Part shown: positions 39,470 through 52,516 of the stretch, piece after piece
Numbering within the stretch: position 1 is the first letter of the stretch
Layout of the letters: the number at the start of each line of letters is the position of its first letter
From: Mobula hypostoma
Lineage: Eukaryota
Direction: 5' to 3'
DNA: 64,000 nt
Assembly (NCBI RefSeq): GCF_963921235.1
Contig: NC_086097.1
Span: forward strand, 253,830,001-253,894,000
The notes under the pieces: model-generated
The model's input: the letters and a program-made list of their open reading frames with translations, nothing else
What the model was told of the DNA's origin: nothing
The model's database searches: none
Position numbers and translations under genes: made by a program

Positions 39470-40600
39470 TCCCATGCCCCTGCGACTCTAGTTTAAACCC
39501 CATCGTGCAGCATGAGTAAACCTTCCCACTAGGATATTAGTCCCCCTCCAGTTCAGGTGCAAACTGTCCCTTCTGTACAGGTTCCATCTTCCTTGGAAAA
39601 GATCCCAATGAACCAAAGATTTTCTGCCCTCCCTCCTACGCCAACTCCTTAGCCAGTATACTCTTCCTAGTTCTGGCCTCACTACCATGTGCATGAGTAG
39701 CAATCCTGAAATCACAACCCTGGAGGTCCTGCCCTTTAACTCGGCACCCAACTCCATGAACTCCCTCTGCAGAACCTCATCATTGTCCTGCCCATGTCAT
39801 TGGTACCTAAATGCACCACGGCTTCTGGCTGTTCACCCTCACACTTAAGAATGCTGAGGACTTGATCGGAGATATCTTGGACTCTGGTATCCGGGCAGCA
39901 ACACACCACCTGGGAATCTCCTTCTTTCCTACAGAACTTCCTGTCCATTCCCCTAACTAACAAATCCCCTCTCACCACAGCGTGCCTCTCCTCCCCCACT
40001 TCCCATCTGAGTCACAGAGGCAGACTCAGTGCCAGGGACCCTACCACTGTGACTTTTCTCTCTTAGGTCAACGCCCCGACAGTATCCAAAGTGATATGCC
40101 TGTTATTGAGGGGGACAGTCACAGGGATACCCTGCACTCACTCCTTAACCGCTTTCCCCTTCCTGACTGTCACCCAATTTCCTGTGTCCTGCACCTTGCG
40201 TGTAACTACCTCTCTATATGTCCAGTATATCATTCCCTCAGCCTCCCAAATGATCTGGAGTTCATCCAGTTCCAGCTCCAACTCCTTGACGTGGATTGTT
40301 CGAGGTTGCAGCTGGATGCTCTTCTCACAGTTACAGTCATCAGAGACACTGGGGGAGCATTCAACTACCCTGCCTGGCATCTCTAATATCCCAGCTGAAC
40401 AGATCTTAAGAAGGGAAAGAGAAAGAGAAACCTTACCCTTGAGCTTTTCTTTCTTTTGCTTTCTCTGACTGAAGCCTCGAACAGTTAAAGCCTCAAGGTC
40501 ACCACTCTGACTGTGCATCAGACGATGGCCGCTGTACTTGCCTCTGCGTTTCTTTAATTTGTTCTTACTAATCAATCCCAATAGCCGATTGGACATTGGT
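39470..40600 (-). mobile_element. CR1 5' region, ORF1 remnant (Cys-rich, coiled-coil and SGNH esterase parts)
   Basis: CEKSIQLQ...VKELELELDELQII; VRGDLLVRG, VVHLGTND, SRVVISGLL, RDSLHLNWRG. Confidence 0.85.
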
Positions 40601-41109
40601 CAATATATAATCTGATACATTTATATTAATTGTGTTTTTTATTAGTATTGTGTTTTTATCTAATTGCATTTTTTTTGTGCTCCATCAGATCCGGAGTAAC
40701 AACTAATTCATTCTCCTTTACATTTGTGTACCAGAAATGATATTTAACGATCTTGAATATTGAAGAAAACGGTGAAAAATTCAGGACATTGCAAATAAAA
40801 GAAGTCCTGCTTATTTTGTTTTTCTCATTTCAGTTTATACCCTCACCACTGAAGTTTTAATGTATTCAGGCTGAAAAAATAACTTCCTTTCAAAGTGCAG
40901 CAGTGGAATGGAAAAGGGAACTGAAGAATGAAAAGAAGGCTGTTGAGTTGTCATCCCAGACTTCTGTAGTCATATTATTGACTGTCCCATAAATCAAACG
41001 CTGAGTTAGTGATGTGTTCCCTGTTACTGTGCTAATTTTATCCTGGACTCCACCTACTGCAGCTGCTGCCAGAGTATACGCCTTTGAATTCAGGCTGGAG
41101 ACGTCCATG

Positions 41110-41750
41110 TGAATCGGAATCAGAATCTCCGGCATATGTAGTGGAATTTGTTGTTTTTCAGCAGTAGTACAATGTAATACATAATAATGACAACTATAAA
41201 TTACTCTAAGATATGGTAATAAAAAATTAAATGAGTAGTGCAAAAATAGAAATAAAAAAAGTGGTGAGGTGGTGTTCATGGGTTCATTGTCCATTCAGAG
41301 ATCTGATAGCGGAGGGGAAGAAGCTGTTCCTGAAACGTTGAGTGTGTATCTTCAGGCTCCTGTACCTCCTCCCTGATGGTATCAATGAGAAGAGGGCATG
41401 TCCTGGGTGATGAGGGTGCTTAATGACAGATGCCACCTTTTTAAGGCATCATCTTTTGAAGATGTCCTCGATGCAGGGGAGGTTAACGCCCAGGATGGAG
41501 CTGGATGAGTTTACAGCTCCCTGCAGCTTTTGCCGATCCTGTGCCAGATGATCCAGATGGTGATGCAGACAGTTAGAATGCTCTCCACAGTACATCCGTA
41601 GAAATTTGCTTATGTCCTTGGTGACATACCGAATTTCCCCAAACTCCTAACGAAATGCAGCTGCTGTCTTGTGCACAGTGTAACTGTTCAGCACAGGCTG
41701 GAGCTTCAGAGATGTTGGCACTCACGAACTTGAAGTTGGTCACCTTTTCT
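41110..41750 (-). mobile_element. Rex1-type LINE 3' portion
   Basis: gaatcggaatcagaatc tail; gggaagaagctgttcctga; gttagaatgctctccacagtaca; FKFVSANISE. Confidence 0.8.
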
Positions 41751-42174
41751 GTTGTGTCTTTGCAACCACATGTCACTTAAATAAAAGCACATGCATGGGA
41801 GATGGTTTTAACCAGTGTACGCACATTGCAGAGAGAGAGAGAGAGAGAGCACAGACCAATATGCATGTGTAGACAACAGTCCATATGTAGACCTAAGGGG
41901 AATCACTGTTCTAAAAGAAATAGATCCATACATAGAAACATAGAAAACCTACAGCACAATACAGGCCCTTCGGCCCACAATGCTGTACCGAACATGTACT
42001 TACTTTAGAAATCACCTCGGGTTACCAATAGCCCTCTATTTTTCTAAGCTCCTTCCCTTTTAGATTAATGCAATATAAAACTGTTTATGTACAAAACCTT
42101 CAATTTCCCTTTCATAAACCATATTCCAAATAAACATGCTTTCACAATAGCAGTGCATAACTAACTTGATAACA

Positions 42175-42567
42175 CTAAAGATTCAATCGTTTGGAGGGTG
42201 CTCTGTTTATTTCAGGATAATAACTCTGGACCTGTGAAGTGGGATCAGGTTTAGTAGGTGTCTTGTCTAAAACAACGTTCTCATTTTCCAGCGTCACGTT
42301 GCTGTCAGAGACATGGTCATCACTGAGAGGTGAGTCCGGTGACTGTAATGTGTCCGTCTTGCTGGACGCGATCGACTCAGGTGTGTTCTTCGGTTCAGCA
42401 TCCACCTGGTTCACATGACGTCTCCACGTCTGATCTCCAACATCCACTGTGTATGTCAGTGGTCCAGTTCCTGTAGCTATTCTACTCGGTCGCCACCTGT
42501 CTTCTCGGTAATCACGCACCAGGACTGCCTGCCTAACCTCAAACCTCCTTGCTGATTCACTTGACAA
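42175..42567 (-). mobile_element. Gypsy integrase C-terminal fragment
   Basis: RFEVRQAVLVRDYRE...GPLTYTVDVGDQTWRRHVNQ...RAPSKRLNL. Confidence 0.85.
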
Positions 42568-42599
42568 CCTAGGCTGTCATTGCTACCTGGTTGCAATGT

Positions 42600-42830
42600 T
42601 AGGCAGACATTGAACTTCCCATGATTCAGGACATTTACAAGGACAGGTGTGTAAAAAGAGCCCGTGGGATCACTGGGGACCCAAGTCACCCCAACCACAA
42701 ACTGTTCCAGCTGCTACCAACCGGGAAACGGTACCGCAGCATAAAAGCCAGGACCAACAGGCTCTGGGACAGCTTCTTCCACCAGGCCATCAGACTGATT
42801 AACTCATGCTGATATGAGTGTACTCGATAT
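42600..42830 (+). mobile_element. Rex1 ORF C-terminus
   Basis: DPSHPNHKLFQLLPTGKRYRSIKARTNRLWDSFFHQAIRLIN. Confidence 0.85.
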
Positions 42831-42933
42831 TACCCTTTATAAATTTTATGGGATTTTTATTTAGTTGGAGGTACAGTGCAGAGTAGGCCCTACTGAACCT
42901 TCTGAGTCACACCTGTCAACCCCAGTTTAACAC

Positions 42934-43452
42934 CAGACATCCCACCTCTCCCGGAAGTTCCGGGAGTCTCCCGCATATTAATAGTGGCTCCCTGATGCCC
43001 GCAAATTATATACAATGTCCCAGAAATCAATTTTTTTGAGAGCGAGCAAGTGAGAGAGAAAGCAAAAGAGAAAGTGCGAGAGCGACCACAAGAGAGAGCG
43101 AGAGTGCACCATGACAGAGTGTTCCAAAAAAAGAAAATATAAAACCTACGTCACCCCAGACTACACTAAAGTGTACCCCTGCCTAATAGGGGTCAAAATA
43201 ATGACAGTGTTGCTCGCTGCACTGTTTGCAACAGTGACTTTTCTATTGCCCATGGTGGGTTAAAATGTAAAAGACATGTTGAGGTGAGTTTAACAGGTGT
43301 CATTCGTTCATTAGCATAACTAACGTTATTTAAACTAGCTGGCTAGCTGCTAAGGAGCTACTCTATTGCAGACATCCCACCTCTCCCGGAAGTCTCCCAC
43401 AAATTGATGGTGCTACCTCCCTGAAATGAGTTTTTGCAGGGTGGGATGTCTG
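42934..43452 (+). mobile_element. Non-autonomous hAT-like DNA transposon inserted in a minus-strand SINE
   Basis: 13-bp TIRs cagacatcccacc/ggtgggatgtctg; 6-bp TSD taacac; frameshifted BED-finger-like peptide ...CTVCNSDFSIAHGG..KRH followed by gtgag. Confidence 0.85.
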
Positions 43453-43584
43453 TAACACTAACCTAATCACGGGGCAATTCGCAATGACCATTTAATCTAC
43501 TCAGTGCACTTTTGTACAGTGGAAGAAAACAAGAGCTCACGGAGAAAATCTACGAATAAAAAAAAAACAGCTTTAAGAAACATA

Positions 43585-44850
43585 GAGGTGTTCTGCAGGG
43601 GTTGATGTTGGGACTGCTTTTTATTCTGTACATCAATGATTTAGAAGATTGAATAGATGACTTTGTTGCGAAGTTTGCTGATGTTACAAAGATTGGTGGA
43701 GGGGCAGGTAGTGTTGAGGAAATAGGTAGGCTGCAGAAGGACTTAGACAGATTAGGAGAATGGGCAAGAAAGTGGCAAATGAAATACAATGTTGGAAAAT
43801 GCATGGTCATGCACTTTGTTAGTAGAAATAAATGTGCAGACTATTTTCTGAAGAGGGAGAAAATCCAAAAATCTGAGATGCATTGGGACCTGGGAGTTCT
43901 CGTGCAGAATACCTTGAAGGTTAACTTTCAGGTCGAGTCAGTGGTGAGGAAGGCAAATGCAATGTTAGCATTCATTTCAAGAGATCTAGAATACAACAGC
44001 AGGGATGTGATGCTGAGGCTTTATAAGGCACTGGTGAGGCCTCACCTTGAGTATTGTCAACAGTTTTGGGCTCCTCATCTAAGAAAAGATTAGTACCATT
44101 ATAGTACTAATGGTAAGACTCTTGGCAGTGTGGAGGATCAGAGGGATCTTGGAGTCCGGGTCTATAAGGCATTCAAAGCTGTTGCACAGGTTGACTCTGT
44201 GGTTAAGAAGGCATACGGTGCATTGGCCTTCATCAACCGTGGGATTGAGTTTAAGAGCCGAGAGGTAATGTTGCAGCTATATAGGACCTTGGTCAGATCC
44301 CACTTGGAGTACTGTGCTCAGTTCTGGTCGCCTCACTACAGGAAGGATGTGGAAACCATAGAAAGGATGCAGAGGATGCAGAGGAGATTTACAAGGATGT
44401 TGCCTGGATTGGGGAGCATGCTTTATGAGAATAGGTTGAGTGAACTTGGCCTTTTCTCCTTGGAGCGATGGAGGATGAGAGGTGACCTGATAGAGGTGTA
44501 TAAGATGATGAGAGGCATCGATTGTGTGGATAGTCAGAGGCTTTTTCCCAGGGCTGAAATGGCTAGCACGAGAGGGCACAGTTTTAAGGTGCTTGTAAGT
44601 AGGTACAGAGGAGATGTCAGGGGTAAGCTTTTTATGTAGAGGGTGGTGAGTGCGTGGAGTGGGCTGCCGGCGGCAGCAGTGGTAGAAGCGGAAACAATAG
44701 GGTCTTTTAAGAGACTCCTGGATGGCTACATGGAGCTTAGAAAAATAGAGGGCTATGGGTAAAGCCTAGGTAGTCTAAGGTAAGGACATGTTCGGCACAG
44801 CTTTGTGGACCGAAGGGCCTGTATTGTGCTGTAGGTTTTCTATGTTTCTA
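43585..44850 (+). mobile_element. Two abutting CR1 fragments (43585-44090; subfamily D 3' end 44095-44850)
   Basis: ORFs 43779-44093 and 44130-44639; ttttctatgtttcta tail. Confidence 0.9.
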
Positions 44851-47392
44851 AAGTTGGGAGTAAATGTATTATCAATGTACATACATGTCACCATATTTAA
44901 AACCCTGAGATTCATTTTCTTGCAGACACAGTAGAAATAAAGAAAGACAAAATAATATAATAGAATATAAATTCAACATAAACAAAGACTGACAAACTCC
45001 AAATGTGCAAAAAAAATCATGTGAATTAAAACATTGTTTAAGATCTGCAATATTTATCAACACCGCCACAAGGAATCAGAAGTTATACGACCCCGTAGAG
45101 GTAGTTCTTACAACCAATAAATATGCCAATGATAACTTGTAAAACAAATGAAATCACATTCAATCTGCACGGTACTGCAAGGAATTTACATAAAAACAAA
45201 CCATTGATGTGTCTTGTGATATTTCAAACTCTGTAATCCTTCTTCCAGACTTCCAAAGGAAAATAAAGGCTTTCAAGACCATCAGGCCAAAGCAGAAGCA
45301 ACAGTTTTTGCCCATGAAACGTGATGGATACGATTTCCTGTGATTCCTGCCACACTAGGACTGTCCTGCTATACAGAGGACACTTTATTCGTTACCTCCC
45401 GTACCTAATAAAGTGGCCACTGAGTGTATGCTCTTGATTTCAGCTGCTGTAGCCCATCCACTTCAAGATTCGACATGTTGTGTGTTCAGAGATTCTCCTC
45501 TGCACATCACTGTTGTAATGTGTGCTTACTCAAGTTACTGTCACCTTCCCGTCAGCTTGAACCAGTCTGGCCATTCTCCTCTGACTTCTCTCAGTAACGA
45601 AGCATTTTCATCCACAGAACTGCCGCTAACTGGATGATTTTGTTTCTCACTCCATCCCCTGTAACTCCAGAGACTGTTGTGTGTGAAAATCCCAGGAGAT
45701 CAGCAGCGTCTGAGATACTCAAATTGCCCCATCTAGCACCAACAATTATTCCACAGTTAAAGTTACTGAGATCACATTTGTTCCCCATTGTGATGTTTGG
45801 TCTGAGCAACAACTGAACCTCTTGACCATGTCGGCATGCTTTTATGCATCGAGTGACTGCCATGTGATTGGCTGGTTAGATATTTGCATGAACAATTATT
45901 TATTTCTTCAGCGGTTCGATCGAGGCACGACTGCGCAAGTGAGTGGATGTCAGAAAGTTTGAACAGCGAGAAGAGTTTAAAAGTGAGAGGTATTTAAAAG
46001 GAGACAGCTATTTCTTCAGCGGTTCAATCGAGGCATGACTGCGCAAGCACGTGGACATCAGCCAGTTTGAACAGCACGAAGAGTTTAAAAAGAAGACAGC
46101 TTTATATTGGTCATTATACACCCATGAACCCATGAACACTATATCCTCGTCTGCTCAGGGAGAGTGAGCAGGAGATAGAGAGGAGTTGCAGGCAAGTAGT
46201 CACACTGGGAGACAGATCAGTGGGTAACAGTCAGGAAAGGGAAGGGCAAGAGTCAGATACTAGAGAGTACACTTGTGGCAGTCCCCATACTCCTGACTGA
46301 GTACCGTTGGGAGGGACACGACCTACCAGGGGGAAGCAACGGTGGTTGTGCCTCTGGCACAGAGTCTGGCCCTGTGGCTCAGAATGGTAGGGAAAGGAAG
46401 AGGATGGCAGCAGTGATAGGAGACTCTATATAGTTAGGGAGTCAGACAGGCAATTCTGTAGATGCAGGAAAGAAACACAGATGGTAGTTTGCCTCCCCGT
46501 TACCAGGGTCCTGAATGCGTCCATGATATCCTGAAGTGGGAGGGAGAACAGCCAGAGGTCGTGGTACATATTGGTACCAACAACATTGGCAGGAAAAGGG
46601 AAGAGGTCCTGAAAGCAGACTACAGGGAGTTAGGAAGGAAGTTGAGAAGCAGGACCTCAAAGGTAGTAATCTCAGGATTACTGCCTGTGCCACGTGACAG
46701 TGAGTATAGGAATAGAATGAGGTGGAGGATAAATGTGTGGCTGAGGGATTGGAGCAAGGGGCAGGGATTCAGATTTCTGGATCATTGGGACCTCTTTTGG
46801 GGCAGGAGTGATCTGTACAAAAAGGATGGGTTGCACTTGAAACTGAGGGGGAAGGCTATTGGAGAGAGTTTAAACTAGAATTGCTTGGGGGTGGGAACCA
46901 AACTGAAGAGATGGAGGAAGGGGAGGCTGGCTTACATATAGAGAAAGCTTGGAGACAGTGTGAGAGGGAGGATAGGCAGGTGATAGAGAAGGGACACGCT
47001 CAGACCAATAGTTTGAGATGTGACTATTTTAATGCAAGGAGTATTATGAACAAAGCGGATGAGCTTAGAGCGTGGATCAGTACTCAGAGCTATGATGTTG
47101 TGGCCATCACAGAGACTTGGATGGCTCAGGGTTACTGGAGGGTTATAGATGTTGTTCCCTTATTCAAGAGAGGGAGTAGGGATAGCCCAGGAAATTATAG
47201 ACCAGTGAGTCTTACTTCAGTGGTTGGTACGTTGATGGAAAAGATCCTGAGAGGAAGGATTTACAAACATTTGGAGAGGTATGATATGATTAGAAATAGT
47301 TAGCATGGCTTTGTGAAAGGCAGGTCGTGCCTTACGAGCCTGATTGAATTTTTTGAGGATGTGACTAAAGACGTTGATGAAGGTAGAGCAGT

Positions 47393-47944
47393 CTATCCAC
47401 GGCCTCCTCTACTGTAAAGATGAAGCCACACTCAGGTTGGAGGAACAACACCTTATATTCCGTATGGGTAGCCTCCAACCTGATGGCATGAACATTGACT
47501 TCTCTAACTTCCGCTAGGCCCCACCTCCCCCTCGTACCCCATCTGTTACTCTTTTTTATGCACACATTCTTTCTCTCACTCTCCTTTTTCTCCCTCTGTC
47601 CCTCTGAATATACCTCTTGCCCATCCTCTGGGTCACCCCCCCCCCCCGTCTTTCTTCCCGGACCTCCTGTCCCATGATCCTCTCGTATCCCCTTTTGCCT
47701 ATCACCTGTCCAGCTCTCGGCTCTATCCCTCCCCCTCCTGTCTTCTCCTATCATTTTGCATCTCCCCCTCCCCCTCCAGCTTTCAAATCCCTTACTCACT
47801 CTTCCTTCAGTTAGTCCTGACGAAGGGTCTCGGCCTGAAACGTCGACTGTACCTCTTCCAATAGATGCTGCCTGGCCTGCTGCGTTCACCAGCAACTTTT
47901 ATGTGTGTTGCTTGAATTTCCAGCATCTGCAGAATTCCTGTTGT
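47393..47944 (+). mobile_element. Penelope-like element 3' end (GIY-YIG domain C-terminus plus terminal repeat)
   Basis: SIHGLLYCKDEATLRLEEQHLIFRMGSLQPDGMNIDFSNFR*; TSD tagagcagt at 47384-47392 and 47945-47953. Confidence 0.9.
47813..47848 (+). ncRNA. Minimal type I hammerhead ribozyme (Penelope-type)
   Basis: AGUC-CUGACGA-AGG(gucucgg)CCU-GAAAC-GUC-GACU; intact core. Confidence 0.85.
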
Positions 47945-49559
47945 TAGAGCAGTAGATGTTGTGTGTACGGATTTCATCAAGGCATTTGATAAGGTACCCC
48001 ATGCAAGGCTTATTGAGAAAGTAAGGAGGCATGGGATTCAAGGGGACATTGCTTTGTGGATCCAGAACTGGCTTGCCCACAGAAGGCGAAGAGTGGTTGT
48101 AGATGGGTTTTAATTGTAAGACTCTTGGGCAGTGTGGAGGATCAGAGGGAACTTGGGGTCCGAGTCGATAGGACACTCAAAGCTGCTGCACAGGTTGATT
48201 CTATGGCATTTATTGTAATGCGTGCACTGTTTTGTGCACTTCATGCAGTCCTGGGTAGGTCTGTAGTCTAATGCAGTTTTGTGTTGTTTTGCGTAGTTCA
48301 GTGTAGCTTTTGTATTGTTCGTGTAGCACCATGGTCCTGAAAAACATTGTCTTGTTTTTACTGTGTTCTGTACCAGCAGTTAGGGTCGAAATGACAATAA
48401 AATGTGACTTGACTTGACTTGACTTGAGAAGGCAAGCGGTGTATTGGCCTTCATCAATCGTGGGACTGAGTTTAGGAGGCAAGAGGTAATGTTGCAGCTA
48501 TATAGGACCCTGGTCAGACCCCACTTGGAGTACTGTGCTCAGTTCTGGTCGGTTGACTACAGGAAGGATGTGGAAACCATAGAAAGGGTGCAGAGGAGAT
48601 TGATAGGGATGATTCCTGGATTGGGGAGCATGCCTTATGAGAATAGGTTGAGTGAACTTGGCCTTTTCTGCTTGGAGCGACGGAGGATGAGAGGTGACCT
48701 GATAGAGGTGTATAAGATGATGAGAGACATTGATCATGTGGATAGTCAGAAGCTTTTTCCCAGGGCTGAAATGGCTAGCATGAGAGGGCACAGGTTTAAG
48801 GTGCTTGGAAGCAGGTACAGAGGAGATGTCAGGGATAAGTTTTTTACGCAGAGAGTGGTGAGTGCGTGGAATGGGCTGCCAGCGACAATGGTGGAGGAAG
48901 ATATGATAGGGTCTTTTAAGAGACTCCTGGATAGGTACATAGAACTTAGGAAAATAGAGGGCTATGGGTAACCCTAGGTAAATTCTAAGGTAAGGACATG
49001 TTCGGTACAGCATGTGGGCCGAAGGGCCTGTATTGTGCTGTAGGTTTTCTACGTTTCTAGCTTTAACAAGCAGGTGTACAGGAGTCATTAATAAAAGTGG
49101 CCACCGAGTGTGGTGTGTCATCTTGTCTCAAGCTAAACACTTACTCAGCTCTATCTTTAACATGTCTCTGTGAAAGCAGTTTCCTGTGCCTGGATATCAG
49201 CGAAGGGGTCAGTGAGTTGAGATTGGTTCATTTTGTACTTGTGGCCTTTGGTTTTATAATCACCCTCAGCGTGTAACAACGATAGTGAAAAACGGGGCAG
49301 ATCTGGATTGTTGACTGAGGCTTAGAATTCACCCTGGTCTCATCTGTTAAATTGCATCATATCATTTTAACATCAGTGTGAGTTCACGGCCAGCTATTGC
49401 AGACGATAAGGCGAAGTGCTGACTGAACAAACTACCAAACACAAACATCTTTGCTCTAATAGATATGGTCAGTTTTTCATTTAAAATGCTGCTCGTTGTG
49501 TCTTTGCTCATGTGTACTGTCAGAGTGCTAAATACACTCAGAGAAACTGAAAATCCCAG

Positions 49560-50095
49560 GAATGGAAAATCCCACATAAAGTAGTGGATACAGCCCAGTT
49601 CACCACAGGTAAAGCCCTCCCCAACATTGAGCACATTTACTTAAAGGTGCAAACACAAAACAGCAACATCCATCATCAGGGAATCCCCAACACCGAGGCA
49701 ACACTCTCCTCTCACTGAAGCCATCAGGGTGGAGGTACAGGAGCCTTCGGTCCCGCTCCACCAGGTTCAGGAACAGTTATTATCCTCGACCATCAGGCTC
49801 CTGAACCAGTGTGGGTAACATCTCTCAGCTCAACTCTGAACTGATCCCAACATACAGACTCACGGTCAAGGAGTCCACATCTCATGCTCTCAGTATTATT
49901 TATTTACTTATTTTTAAATTTATTATTTTTTCTATTTGTACAGTTTCTCTTCTATTACACATTGGTTGCTTGTCTTTGTTTATGCCTAGTTTTTCATAAA
50001 TTCTATTATATCCCTCTTTATATTCCTGTAAATGACTGCAAGAAAATGAATCTTAGGGATAATTTTGATACGAAATTTACTTTGAACTTTGAGGT
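49560..50095 (+). mobile_element. Rex1-type 3' end
   Basis: ccaggttcaggaacagttatta...ccatcaggctcctgaacc; tttactttgaactttga tail. Confidence 0.75.
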
Positions 50096-50112
50096 TTGAA
50101 TAAGAAAGTTAT

Positions 50113-52467
50113 TTACCGTTGAATTTTATAAATGTTTTGCTTCTTTATTGATCCCTTGGCTCTGTAGGGTTTTTGAGGCTTCTCTGAAACTTGGTAAACT
50201 TCCTGAATCTTTTAATAGAGCGTCAATTTCTTTAATATTAAAGAAGGATAAAGACCCTGCTCAATGTGCATCTTATAGACCAATATCTCTATTAAATGTT
50301 GATTCTAAAGTTTTTTCTAAGTTATTAGCAAATAGACTAGAAAAAGTACTTCCTTCTATTATTTCAGAAGACCAAACGGGTTTTATTAAAGGTCGTTACT
50401 CTTTTTATAATATTCGTACATTGTTAAATATCGTTTATACTCCCTCACAAAATGTTCCTGAGTGTGTTATTTCTTTAGACGCCGAGAAAGCTTTTGATAG
50501 AGTAGAATGGCCTTATTTATTTAAGGTGCTTGAAATGTTTAACTTTAGCTTGAAATTTATATCCTGGATTAAACTGTTATATCATTCCCCTGTAGCCTCG
50601 GTCCGTACTAACTCTTTAAACTCACCTTTTTTTCCTCTTTTTCGAGGTACTCGACAAGGCTGTCCTCTCAGTCCCCTATTATTTGATATTGCATTAGAAC
50701 CTCTTGCAATTGCCATTCGAGAATCATCAAATATTACTGGGATAACTCGGGGATTAAAGTCCCATAAATTATCACTCTATGCTGATGATTTACTTTTATA
50801 TATTTCTAATCCTGAGAAATCCATTCCTGCTGTTTTAGAGTTATTAGCACAATTTGGTTTTTTTTCAGGTTATAAATTAAATCTTAGTAAGAGTGAACTC
50901 TTTCCGATTAATAAACATCTTCCCTTATATTATAAATTTCCATTTAAATTGATTGATAACTATTTTTCTTATCTTGGGATTAAAATTACTTGTAAATATA
51001 AAGATTTATTTAAGCTTAACTTTCTACCATTAATAGACCATATTACTCAACTTTCATCTAAATGGTTTCCTTTATATTTAACTTTGATTGGTCGTATTAA
51101 TGCAGTTAAGATGTTTTTTTTGCCAAAATTTTTATATGTGTTTCAGGCATTACCAATTTTTGTTCCAAAATCTTTCTTTGATAAAGTTGACTCTAAAATT
51201 TCTTCATTTATTTGGCAGAATAAAAATCCGAGACTGGGTAAAATACATTTACAGAAAGCTAAGAGAGATGGAGGTTTAGCATTACCTAACTTTAGATTCT
51301 ATTATTGGGCAATTAATATTCGACATATGAAATTTTGGTTACTTAACCAGGATATACTATCTATTCCTAAATGGGTAGCATTGGAATTACAATCTGTTCA
51401 GGGCTATACACTTGGCTCTATTTTAGGTTCCTCTCTCCCTTTTGATTCGAAACGCCTTAAGCAGGTGTCTAACCCGATAGTTAAATATGCTTTGTGTATT
51501 TGGTTTCAATTCAGAAAATTTTTTGATCTTAATCAATTCGGGTTAGCGATTCCTATTTTAGGTAACATATTTTTTCCTCCCTCTTTTACGGATCGCGCTT
51601 TTCAAACTTGGAAGACTAAGGGTATTTTACGGTTTTTGGATTTATTTTTAGATGGTTCCCTTATGTCTTTTGAACAACTATCTAATAAATATAATTTATC
51701 AAGAATACATTTTTTTAGATATTTGCAAGTTAGAAATTTCCTAAGTACTATACTTTCTTCCTTTCCAATGCTTCCTCCTACATATATTTTAGATTCGATA
51801 ATTAACCTTAATCCATGTCAGAAAGGTGCATCGGCTATGATTTATAATATTATCATGAAACTTAGGAAAGCTCCATTTGATAAGATTAGGGTAGATTGGG
51901 AACAGGAATTGGGGCTTACCATTTCTGTGGATGATTGGGGGCAGATTTTACAATTAGTTAATACTTCCTCTATTTGCGCTAAACATTCCCTAATTCAATT
52001 TAAAGTTGTTCATAGAGCACATATGTCCAAAGATAAGTTAGCGCGTTTTTACTTGCATATTAATCCTTTTTGTGATAGATGTTCGGGGCAGATAGCCTCT
52101 TTAACTCATATGTTTTGGTCTTGCCCTGTTTTTTCACTGTTTTTAATGGAGGTCGGGATTGAGGACGTGATTTTAAGTTTAACTCTGTTTGGTTTCAAGT
52201 TAGCCCATTGCTTTGCTTTGCTTTTAGTTAGTTGCACGGTGGGTTTTTTTGGGGTTTTTTTTTTCTTTTTTTCTATTGATATATATATAAAATTTAGTAT
52301 ACTATTATGTTATCTTGGTTTCTTATGTTTAAATTACATTGTTTGTAGTATTTTTTTTGGCATTGATACCTTCTGTAATTTTATTATATTTTAACATTGT
52401 ATTAATGTTTATATGGTTTACCTTTTGGTATACTTATTCAATAAAAAGATTTAAAAAGAAAGAAAGA
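50113..52467 (+). mobile_element. 5'-truncated L1-type LINE (open ORF2 RT through Cys-rich C-terminus)
   Basis: ORF 50148-52394 with YRPISLLNVD, SLDAEKAFDRV, RGTRQGCPLSP, LYADD, CDRC..HMFWSC; AATAAA and (GAAA)n tail; TSD aagaaagttat at 50102-50112 and 52468-52478. Confidence 0.95.
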
Positions 52468-52516
52468 AAGAAAGTTATGGATGTCAAAAATATGCCTATT
52501 CCAAACATTCAAATTT

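Larger units (their letters stand above)
45896..49060 (+). mobile_element. CR1 subfamily D copy retaining both ends but with several large internal deletions
   Basis: Duplicated 5' region, ORF1 esterase (VVHIGTNN, KKDGLHL), EN start (YFNARSIMNK..VAITETW) fused to RT (NYRPVSLTS), 3' end ORF 48444-48971 and tail; nested Penelope and Rex1-type tail (about 48205-48427). Confidence 0.85.
45370..49111 (-). mobile_element. Tc1-derived non-autonomous element split by a CR1 insertion (parts 45370-45895 and about 49063-49111)
   Basis: Tc1 N-terminal HTH MGNKCDLSNFNCGIIVGARWGNLSISDAADLLGFSHTTVS; terminal motif taataaagtggccactgagtgt at about 45406 and about 49089. Confidence 0.8.

Noticed and set aside
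40810..41110. Plus-strand splice acceptor ttttctcatttcag as a coding exon
   Set aside because: All three frames stop within about 40 nt.
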